From: Botryllus schlosseri
Taxonomy: Eukaryota
NCBI GenBank assembly: GCA_051294905.1
Contig: CM119372.1
Span: 10,232,001 to 10,296,000, forward strand
DNA length: 64,000 nt
Direction of reading: 5' to 3'
Part shown: in pieces, positions 25,719-37,700 of the stretch
Layout: each line of letters begins with the position of its first letter
Position numbering within the stretch: position 1 is the first letter of the stretch
The notes under the pieces: generated by a model
Databases searched by the model: none
What the model was told of the DNA's origin: nothing
The model's input: the letters and a program-made list of their open reading frames with translations, nothing else
Made by a program: the position numbers and the translations under genes

Positions 25719-28700
25719 CTGGAAAAATGAACGGCAACGCAGTCAAATTATTGTAATTGATATAAAAAAGAAATCGGAGGTTTTAGATTGATAGAATTGT
25801 TTCGGCCCCTTGCTATCTTTTCATTCTATTTCAATTCTGTGCTATTTTGAATTGGCGAAAATGGCAATCAATGATGGATTGATCGAATGATTACCGTAAC
25901 AGGAGAATCAGAAAGAAACCATGGCCATTGCAAGTATGTGTGCAAAAGCAATTAAAATGATATGGGGTGGAATTAACTTTTTGAGCTCTAGTCTAATACC
26001 GACGCAAGTCGAACATGAAATGACAATGGTTTAAGGTCTCGCCTAATACCAACCAAGGTCGAATATGACAATCAACACCTGCAATCCATCAAGATAGTTC
26101 TACTGGATGTTGAAATCATACTGAACGAGGAATACGATACTCACTCAAAATGGAACAACTGTGAGTATATATAGATATAGATAAAGGGTGGAGTCAAAAA
26201 AAGAAAAATTTGAATTTAAAAAAGTGCCTTTGATATTTGGTCCCAAATCTCGAATGAATTACTTCTATCATACTTTCAGGTTCTTGCACCCTCTAGTGGC
26301 CGTGCAATTTCACCGAACGAGCCGAAAATAGCTAATTTTGCCACATCTTCCTACTCGCTTATGCTAGAAAGCTAGTTTTGGGCTCAAAAGCTGCGGAAGC
26401 AACATGTTTCTATTTCACTTCCATAGAACTTTGTCTTGAAAATGTACAGAGAAAAGTTACAAGCGAATTATTGATTTTTAGGCCTCCAATAAAATGTCTG
26501 TTGGTTTTACCAAGTGTGCAATGCCAATTTGCATGTTACAATTTATTACATTGCTGCTTTAACAACAAAATATTGATTGGAGGACCTACGAGTTCATTTA
26601 TAGATCAACCCAGCATAATTTTGATTAGTAGAGAGAATGATTGAATCACGAACTTTCATCATATTACATCATCACAAACCTTTATGATATGAACTTGGTT
26701 AAAAGGGTATCTTCCTGTTCAACTCTACAAAAAACGATAGGCCTAGCGTAGATTGTTCAAAAAGTGAATCAGTTACAGTAAATCAGCTATATAATTTCTA
26801 TATACCTAATACCTGTATGTTTTGTTGAAAATGACGATTTTCATATCATTTGAGACATTGGTAAACTGTTTTATATATTATACATATTATACAAGCTGTT
26901 GTACTCATCTTTGGAATATTCTGGAACTTTGATAGTCAACCACAAGTCTCCCAGTAGGAGTGATGATAATTCATTTTGAAAGTGTTCTGGTTTCTGGTGT
27001 ACCTTGGAGTTGATCATATAATACTCTGGTATAATGGTGTTAAAACTGACTCCTCCATGTGTAGTATCATAGGCCGCTGGCTGTATTAACAGGTCGTTGT
27101 AATATACTCTGCCATGTGTGTGAATTGAACTGACATTGTCTAGAATATGTACAGATTCAGAATTTCATCATGTTCGACTTATAGCAGATTGTGGTTTATC
27201 ATATGTACAAGTATTTGACATACTGTTAACAGGAAAAAGATCCCAAGTCTGTCGGTGCTTGCAATAAGTTGAGCGGTGGATAAACTTTTCAAAGTGTTGA
27301 TGGTCTTCCTTCCGGAATACTCCCAGCTAAGAGACAGTTGTTTGATCACAACTAAAGTGATCAAAGTTGAGCATACCCTCAATCTCTTGTCTTTTAGTTG
27401 GGAGTACCGGTATTCCAAAAGGAAAACCATCAACACTTTGAAAAGTTTATCCACTGTGCAACTTATTGCAAGCAACAACGGACTTGAATCTTTTTCTTGT
27501 TAACATTATGTCAATTACTTGTACTATGATAAACCACAATCTGCTATAAGTCCAACATGATGAAATTCCGAATCCCTACTTATACTAGACAATATCAGTT
27601 CAATTCATACACATAGCAGAGTATAATACAGCGACCTATTCATACAGCCAGCGGCCTATGACACTGCACATGGAGAAGTCAGTTTTGAAACCAATACACC
27701 AGAGTATTATATGATCATTTTCAACTCCAATATACACCAGAAACCAGAACACTTTAAAAATGAGTTATCATCGCTCCTACTGGGAGACTTAAGGTTGACT
27801 ATCAAAGTTCCAGAATATTCCAAGGATGAGTACAGCAGCTTGTACAATATGCATAATATATAAAACAGTTTACCAATGTCTCAATTGATATGAAAATCGT
27901 CATTTTCAACAAATCATACAGGTATTAGGTATAAATAAATTATATATCTGATTTACTGTAACTGATTCACTTTTTGAACAATCTAGGCCCATTGTTTGTT
28001 GTAGAGTTGAACAGGAAGATACCCGTTTCACCAAGTTCATGACAAAGGTTTGTGATGATGCAATATGATGAAAGTTCAATCATTCTCTTTTCCTCATCAA
28101 AATTATGCTAGGTTGATATATAAATCACCCCGTAGGTCCGCCAAACAAGATTTCGTTGCTAAGCCTACAATGTAACAAATTGTAACATGCAAATTGGCAT
28201 TGCAAAATTGGTAAAACCAACCGACATTTTAATGGCGGCCAAGAAATCAGTGATTTGCTTTTAACTTTTTTTCTGTACATTTTCAAGAGAAAGTTCTATG
28301 GTAGTGAGATAGAAACATGATGCTTCCGCAGCTTTTAAGCCCAAAACTAGCTCTCTAGCATAAGCGTATATCAAGATATGGCAAAATTAGCTGTTTTCGG
28401 ATCGTTCGGTGAAATTGCACGGCCACTAGAGGGTGCAGGAACATGAAATTATGATAAGAAGTAATTCATTCGAGATTTGGGACCAAATATCAAAGGCATT
28501 TTTCGAAATTCAAATTTTTCTCTTTTTCAGTCCACCCTAAGATATGGAGAAGATATCTTTGATTATGAATTACAATACTAGTGTATGTGTGTGGTGGATC
28601 GCATAAATAACCATTGAATTTGAATAAGAAGAAAGAAACCTTTTTCTTGTATGCAGCCAGATTTCGATTGCAGAGTTTGTGAACTTTCCCGGTTACTTTT

Positions 28701-31700
28701 TTCATCAAAATCTCCTTTTTCGCCGGGAGACTGTCTCGTGGGTCGGGTTGACCGAGATGAATATGAAGCACTTCGCTGTTGGTTTTTCTGGCACGTCCTA
28801 GGGAAAAAAACGATAGCGTTAGTACCATAGACGTCGGACGCAGGTGTGCTGTGTTCATTTATTTTCTAGTTGAAAGTTTTTCAAAGTTAATGAATGAATC
28901 TGGTCAATAATATCAGTACTTGCAGCAAATATTGTGGGACACATTTGCACTGCTGGGCTTAGATTGCAAGGACAGGACAATCCATATCGAAAGTTTCAAC
29001 CCACATGAGTCGGTCATTTTGGGCCACGTTTTATCGCCGACCATCTTTCTGAAAGCGCACTTCGCAGAGTCGGATGTCGGCCGAAACTTTACATGTCTTG
29101 GTATTTCCCAGTGTGGAGATGGCAGGCCGCGCAATGCTGGTGACTAGTCCGGAACTAGCCTGCTGCACACCCTAGACCAGTGCAATGTTCATTTTAATTG
29201 CGCACTGCGCAGTGCTGACACGGGCTCTGCGCACAGAAAATCTAAGCTGCGGAAGAATATTCGAAGTGGTGACCTTTTTTTTAGTCGTTACGCGCTGTTG
29301 TTCAAGGGACCGCGCGGTGAGTTGGCGAGTGCTCGTAGACTCGTCAAAAATTAGAGGGAACAGTGGACCAGTGGTTCTCAAACTTTTTTAGACACGCCCC
29401 CATTTTTATGATAGTGAAAAATTTTGCAACCCCCTTATCGTCGTATCACAAAATGAAATCAGAATGCCAGCAATCCCAACAGATAGTTTGATGGCATGGA
29501 AGGTTATGACTGTTGATGAGAGAATTCGCAAATGTGAAATTCGGACTATACACAGAGCAATAACTATGAATTGGAGGTAAAAAATTTAAGTTGATCGCAG
29601 CTTCGTGGCCCTTCTCAGATGCTTTCAAGCACCACAGTTTGAGAACTACTGCCCTAGACTGAAGCATCCCAACGGCCTCAAGCAATACTAAGAATATACC
29701 GTTCTCTCATTATTCGGAACACCGTTACATTCAATTCTGTAAATCTGATTCTTTTTCATTATTAGTCGGGAGGGGTACTCATATTTAAAACAAGAAATGT
29801 AACGACACTAAATCACTCGTAGTGCAAAGAAAATTTCAAGTTGAATACCACTGACCCAAAACACACTACAGTATTTATTTTAATTTACGAAAAAATGGGG
29901 GGTCATGGCCGTTTTCACCGCCTGGTTACGAACAACAGTACCAACAGAACTGCTTTACACTGAACGAAGTCGGGTGCGCTGATGTTCATTTAATGGTTTC
30001 AAAGAAAGAAACCGTTACGACTTACCTTTCAATTGGACTTCTTTAATTTCGTTGTTAACGCATTCGACGGTGATCACCAAGCTACAGTTGGGGATGTCGA
30101 CGCCTTCCCCGGCTGCGTCCGGGGTACAGACAAGAACTCTGAACTTTCCTTCGTTGAAGGCCTTGATTGTTTCGCCTTGCTTCTTGTGTGTCATACCTGT
30201 GAGAATATGCGTGAACGTGTCCAATTCTTCACTAGCTTGAAAAAAACAAGAAGGAATGACGGACAAACCGTGCATTCATTCTCAGAATATGTAGAAGTGT
30301 TAGATTTGAGTGACCTTAGCATTTACCTGGCGTGTCACTTCCACTCTTCCGGCCGACTCCAATGTACATTTCACAGCCTAAGTCTCCCAATAGTGGCGTG
30401 GTTTTGACGTATTTCTGCAAAATAAAATCGACCGTACAGAGCGCAGTCTTGAGATTGGATCCCACATCTCCACACTCCCATTGATGACAATCTTAATACG
30501 GAGACGTCCAACCCACAGGAAATTTTTCGAAATGACGTACGTTAACAACTTATCGCCTGTGTAGCTTATGGCAAACTTGGATCCTGATAAATTGGAATAC
30601 ATGGATTTGTTTCTTTCCTATTCAAAGCACTGGACAGAAATCACATTGCGTCAACACCGGGATGTGACGATAGCAATGCTTTGTCGGATTCCCCGGGTCA
30701 GTACCAGTTCTTAGTTCTATAGCAGTAGTTCTCAAAATGGGTGGCGATTTGATCTTAATTAAGACTCTAAAATTGGATATTTCTCCAGCTTACGAGAAAG
30801 GCCTCTAAACATGCGACACATCCAAAATGTATCATAATGACAAAGCTGCTGAGATAACAGGTGCTGCATCTGCAATTCTCTGTGGTATATTCCATCAGTG
30901 TAATTTCGCTACGGTTTCTGGCTACTTTGACAACGTCTGTGTACAAGAAAATAGCGATACCTGAGCATCCGAAAAAGTACTTTCCGTCATACCTTAAAAC
31001 ACTCTGCGTACAACCTCCGAGATACCATCACCATGCACCGAAAGTCTCTGTCTTCCTGATTCTTTTTTTCGATTCTTTCGGTTATTATGTCGAGCATCTT
31101 ATTTTCTGCTTCCTCCACACAATTTTGCAACTCCTTCATTATATCTAGTAGTAAAAAGCATTAAAGTGTGATAATAATTAAGATTATTTCTGCAGGCACA
31201 TGAATTTCAATTGTCAAATTATTGAGAAGTTGATCGTACTGGAAATTTACTCCATTGCAGCGATTCTAAACTCCCTGTGCTCCTTGCTCACAGACAAGCA
31301 TGTTGATCAATTGGTGGGGTGGTGCTCGTGAAACTGCGGTTAGTACACCACAATGTTTTGCCATCAATGACTGCGGATGTGCAATTACGTAAAAAATGAT
31401 GATATAAAAAAATTTAATAATAAAAATAGATTATGCCAGTTCACGAGTACCTAAATCATATAAAGAATACGCCTTTCAAATTTTTACGGTGAAACGGTAT
31501 AAATAACGATAAAAATGCAAAAAAAAAAAAAGAGACATACCCAATAGGATACCGTAAAGTTCCTTTTCCATTTGAGTATTCTTTTGACTGTGCTCAGCAA
31601 ATCGTTCTTCTGCAAATTTTTCAAGCTGTGTGTAAGCATACTTGGGATGGCAATTTTCTTTCATCCTTTGTACATCTATCAGCACCTGTAATACCATACA

Positions 31701-34700
31701 AGTAAAATTTACAAGTTGCGAAAGATCGCCGTACAGCAGCCCTGGTTCTGATAAATCTTTTTGAGTTGTGGGCCGGATACAAATATATGAAAATACCCAA
31801 ATTTTGCCCGTCCAATACATGTCCACCATTGGTGTAGCCCAACCATTCCGGTCCAAGGGCCACATGAGATTTACGAACCATTGGTCAGGCCACTTGAATC
31901 CTGATTACCTTTTTTTAGTCGTCTGATAGGAGCAAACCGAATTAGGTAACGTTGAAAACAAGACTTATATTACTACGATTTAAAACTAATACCAACTATG
32001 CCATGAAAACTCTGCGTGCAACTGTGCAGTGTGCATTCATGTACTGGTTGCACGAAGCGCGAAATTTTTTCAAGGATAATGAATGAATTCGATCATTAAA
32101 AATGTTACTTGCATATATTGCGGGTCGCCTCTGTATACTGCTAGGCTCATTTGGCAAAGACAGGACTATTCGGCACTTGGACATATCAATATCGAAGATT
32201 TCGGCGAACATGCTTCTATCATTTCGTGCAAAGGTTTCATCGTTGGCGATTTTTCTGCGAGTGCAGACGTGAAGTCTCATGTTGGACGACACGTTCTCTC
32301 ATAATTGCGAATATAGTTAGACTCAATTCTGTAAATTGGGCGTACTTTTTATTTTTCAGGTGGGGTACCAATACTAAAAGCAAGAAACGAGTGACAATAA
32401 ATCGCGCAGAGTGCTAAGAAAATATCAAGTCAAATAAGTCTGCCACAAAATAATCTACTTTATGGTCATAATATACGCAGATCTACGAAAAATTTGACTG
32501 GCCCCTGGCTACGTCAATGCGTCGGAATTGATATTTCAGTCATCAACATCCCGTGTTCCGCGGTCAGGTTAATCAAGTTCACAATAAACTACCTGTGTAA
32601 TTTCGTTTTTGATATTATAACCAATTTCTAAAATGACCGCGCGGATGCTCGCGCGTGCTGATTATTCACCGCAAAATTGGACGCCGACATTGACCTAAAC
32701 TAGTTCCCTAGCGACTCCAATTTAAATAGTACTGGCCTATGGTATTGTCGAGTCTAAAATATAATAAGCGCATTTATCTATCCAGTTAGTATGCCAAATT
32801 CTCACCAGAAGGCATTCTGCACAAGACTTGGCATCTCTCCCTAAAGAGTCTTCGCTATCCCCACTGTGGTGTTCAGCGGCATGACGTACTTTGCGACACC
32901 AACTTTGAAACTCCGGATTGAATCGTTCATTTATCCCCTGTGATATCCCCCATGATATCTGCAGCAGCGAAAAATCTAAATTGAAAATATACATTAAATA
33001 TCATCTGAGGTCTGAGCCACATTCAATACTACAAAACGGCACAGCTGAATGCCTACAGCAAATACCCTTGACATGTAGAGCAAAACCTCTTGCCGATGTT
33101 AGAAATTCTAACCATTTTTTTAGTATTTTGTTGATAACTCTTGATAAGAGGCTCATTATTAACATATTATATCTCGCTAAATTTCAGTGAAAAATTACAT
33201 GAGGTACTAGAATACCCAAACAATATTAGTGCAGATGAGTGATCAAAATTATAATAAACCCGTTTACCATAATGTATATTGAGACATAGGGACATACTGG
33301 AATTGGTAAAATCTAAATATATCGAACAATGTAAGGCGTTGAAATTCTGAATCCAACGACATATTACTTATTGGTTTCGCATCCCATTATGGTTGTGTTT
33401 TACAGGTTTGAAAAGCGAAGCAAAATTTTTCAGAAAAACCCGCCAGTGCCATCCATTTAATACTTTTTTATGACCTTCACATTAAGTAAGCTCCTGTTGA
33501 TTCCATTTGAGCTTAAAACTTACTAATATTTCATTCAACAATACATCAACGCAGATATTTTCCTATCGACCATACGCACTGCAGAAAATATAGCTTACTT
33601 GACTAAGATTCAATTATCGATCAACCGCTGGACCGGGAATTAACTGGACAAGTAACGAGAATACTGATCGAGCCATTAACCATACGGTATTATTTGTCTA
33701 TATGTAACATCATTTGCTATAGTAAAAATAATAAATCGGCTAACCTTTTATTGTAGTTAGCAAGTTTAGTATTTTCGCACCACCCTTTAAAAGACAAGCC
33801 TGGAACAGATCTTCTCCGTGTTCGATATAAACAGTTTCTAAAACAAATATTTCATACATGAAACAACGAAACCCAAACTCGAGAATAGCCAGGTGTGGGG
33901 TCAGTAATAGGGTTACCATATTTTAAGAACCGAGAAAGAAAACACGTTATACAAGTGAAACAGGAAGATTTTTACGGAAAATGGTGATCGATCGAATAAA
34001 AAGTTCATTTATCTTAGCCCGTGCCTGAAAACCGGTTTCCAAGGCTAATTTAGGTTTGGTTGAGCATTTTTTAGTCAAATTTAATGGCTTTTCAGCCAAT
34101 ATTACCATTTTTCTCAACAAAACAGGACAATCAGTGCGAAACTAGCTTTCGATGATGAAGACCAGTTATATTCACTTCTAGCGCTCGCCAGCTATAGCAC
34201 TACCAATTATGCTGCTTTAAGATTGCTCAGCAGTAACAGTCACTGCTTAACAAAGTGTAACAACAGATTTTGTGTATCTACCCGTATGTTTACTAGATTA
34301 GTAATCTGGAGTGCGAGCCCTTGACCTAATCTACTGTTTGAAAGTACTTACTTGAATACTTTTCAAACCTGTACTTTTCTATTTCCACTTGAAGTAATTT
34401 TGACATGTCTAGGAAATCACATGACGTTGAATGGAAATTTACCGCGTACCTTCGGGCGCGGGCGGGCAATGATCGTTAAGCTCGTCCAAATTTTTTGGAT
34501 CCGTCACCATCGCCAGTCCACCCGTCGCGTTCATCATACCGAGAACAGCGAATATGTATTTCTCTGCGTCGTCTTCGCTTTCCGCGGCGCCTATGCCTAA
34601 TGTCGCAGTCAAGCCCACGATCTGCGCAAAACACCGGCGTAATCAATATTGCAAAAGTATAGGTACATGGAGGCTGTACTTGAAAGGCAACTGACAACAC

Positions 34701-37700
34701 CTTCAAAATTAGTGATGAAAATCCACATAAAATTTCTCACACCAAAGACCAGGGTTGTAATGACTTGACTCGAGTAATTTTCTTGAAATTGGAAAATGAC
34801 TCTACTAGAATCAATTTGTCTACTGACCTGACTAGACCTGTATTCGAGTCATTGAACATGACTCGACCAAGTCATAAGACTCGACACATTCTGTATCAGG
34901 ACCGATAATTGAAAAATAGGCCCAGAAATTGTCTTTTATCTGTTTGAATTAAAACGTTTAGAGTGAAAAAAATGAGTATAAAATGAATCCGGGGGCTTCG
35001 ATATCACCCAAGAGATTCATATATGTGAGTTGAACCTGATTTGAACTCGATACGGTACAGTAAACACCATGACTTGGACTCGGAATCGAGTCCAAATACT
35101 ATGACTCGAACTTGACCGTTGCTCCGTGACTTGACTCGGTGATGAATTGAAAATGACTCGACTTGACTCGAGTCAAAACTTTAAATGTCAAATTGACTTG
35201 TGACTCAAAATCTTGTGACTTGGTTACAACCCTGCGCCAAAGACCTTGCAATATTCAATAATCATCGATAAGCCGGTACATATATTTCGTAAGCACAATG
35301 GTAGCGTCGTGAAATCGATAACCTTCGAAGATGAAAGAGAACGAAAAAACGAAGAAATCGGTTCTTACGGCGAAAAAAAGTCCAGTAAAAGACCTAATGA
35401 AGAACGTACTGAAAAAGAAGCTGATGGAAAGAGCAAGAAAGAGTGTCAAAAGGGCCGCCGAATGAAGATTAACATTGAAAAACTGTGACATCAGGCACTG
35501 GGCCAAGGCGGGTGCCAAATTAAGAGACTGCAACTGGTCGCTTCGGCATCCTTCTCTGTTCATTACATTGCCTTCTTGTGTCTTGTGTATCGTATAGTAA
35601 ATTGTGTGTCTTGATCGGATGAAAATATATTATCCGACGATTATTCAGATATTAAGATTATTATCTGTATCTATAATCACAGGTTAACAAAATGAAAAAA
35701 AAAAAACATTTTTGAGAGAAGATTAAGGAGTGTTTAAGGTTAATGATTGATAATATGACATTAGTTTTGCCGGTTTGACCGCTAAATAAGCCCAGATTAT
35801 TGTTTCCATCCCTTAAGCATTGCACCTAATGGGAACTGAATCGTAGCTTTTTTTTACTTTTATACTTAACATAAACAGACAATTGATACTCCTCCATTGC
35901 TGTTATTTTCATGTAAATCTGTGAATCTTCCGAATACATTTTTCTCATAATAGTCAAAATGCAGAAATATTATACTGGTCCACAGATATGTTACAGTTCT
36001 AGGTTACAATTATAATTGTAAATCTTGAATGATCTTTTTGATGAATGTTTTTATCTCATCAGTGATAATGCTCTCAGTCTCTATGAATACATGGCTAGCC
36101 CTATGTATATATTCTCTGATGAACCTGAATGTTACGTTGTGGCCGTGGTGTAGCGTAGTGAGGTTCTCTTTGTTCCGCGACGCTTTGCAACACTTTCCTC
36201 ATGATTTCGCAGTACGGATGCGACATTCTCGTGTGATGGCACTCATCGAACACCAGCAAAGTGAAGTCGCAGATGGAGTGAACCTTTTTCTTCTGTAATA
36301 GTAAGACAGGGACATCGTTGCATATTCCGATTGATCAGTATTGCACAGAGGCGGTTCATAAAGTAGGCCTGGTAATACTCCTATATCTACAGAGGTGGTC
36401 AAAGTAGTAATAGTTGGTATTCAAGTAGAAATAGACGTAACGATTTCCAAATAAGTAAAAGATTAGGTATTCCAGGCCTAGTTTTGCCTACATTATCAGG
36501 TAAAAACTGTAGAAGTAGTATAAAATCATAGCCACACAAGTAGAGCAGATAGGCAAACCTTACTTGAGTACTTCAAAAGTGTAGTCCTTCGCTACTGCAA
36601 GTTTGGATTTTGCCAACTTACTCAAGTGGTTATATTTTTAGACAATTTATACTTCACAGTTTTTAGTTTTTCAGGCAAAACTAGACTTGACTCGACTCGA
36701 GTCAATTTGTGTATTGACTCGACATGTACTCGAGTCATTGTGCATGACTCGAACCAAGTCATATGACTCGAGACTAGGACGACCAAGACAGACATTTCAT
36801 TCCAACTTCGAAGAATAGTGAAGTCACCACATTATTGGAATTTCGTCTGTCAGTCCTGATTCTTGGAAAATAGGGCCAGAAATTGTTAGGACTGAGGAAA
36901 ATTACAATATTATGAATGCAAGCCATTCTATATCACTCGAGCTGAGTTGAAAAAGTGGGTTGAACCGAATTGAACTCAATACTGAACAGTGGACATAATG
37001 ACTTGGACTCGGACTCGAGTCACAACACTATGAATCGCACTCGGCCTCATCCCAAAACTAAAAAAGTGAGAGTGACTTGTGACTCGGAACCTTGTGAATT
37101 GGTTACAACCCTGCCTAGAATATTCACTACTTCGACATTCTCATAAGTAGCAATTTACGACATTACTTCTACTTCTACTTGAGAACCAACGATAACTACA
37201 TTGATCAATTCTGGTATTGCGATCAGCAACAGCAACTGACTTCGATGCAGTTGAGAAGAATTTGCGGGGTCATCACAATGACGTCGTGGGAGTATATTGT
37301 TTTGCCGTCGTCTCTATCAAATCCTTCTTCAATTCCACCGTGAAGTAAACTTATCTTGTCCCTAGGCGAGAAAAAGAAAAAAAGAGAGGTTAGGAATGCA
37401 AAGTGTTGAGGCCTTAGAGGCTAAGCTACCACTCGAATTGGAAAATCAGTCATACACCCATAACTTTGAAACCAATAAAGCAAACATTCTGCAATTTGGG
37501 CTAAATGTGCTTTGGTTGGAAATGACCAACGATTTTTTTACTTTTACCGTGTTTCGGTGATTTATTTTGGAAACAAATTGTGTTGTGGCAAAATTTTTCA
37601 CAGTGAATATTTTCTCGATGCCAAGTAGGGATTCGATTCATCATTCTAAAGAACAAGATAGAATGCTTTTTTTTTCATCCCGACAAAGGGTCTTCTGAAA

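Noticed and set aside
27179..27503. Opposing ORFs with similar peptides on both strands
   Set aside because: A consequence of the palindrome centre; no transposase similarity recognised.
30197..30275. 5' part of ORF 30015-30275 as RLR coding sequence
   Set aside because: The acceptor ctcacag|GT ATG ACA at 30197 reproduces the conserved G-M-T exon start, so the upstream residues are probably intronic.
33000..33650. Bridging exons that would repair the Hel2i frameshift (e.g. 33578-33524)
   Set aside because: Candidates contain stops, have the wrong phase or rely on weak donors; not excluded without RNA data.
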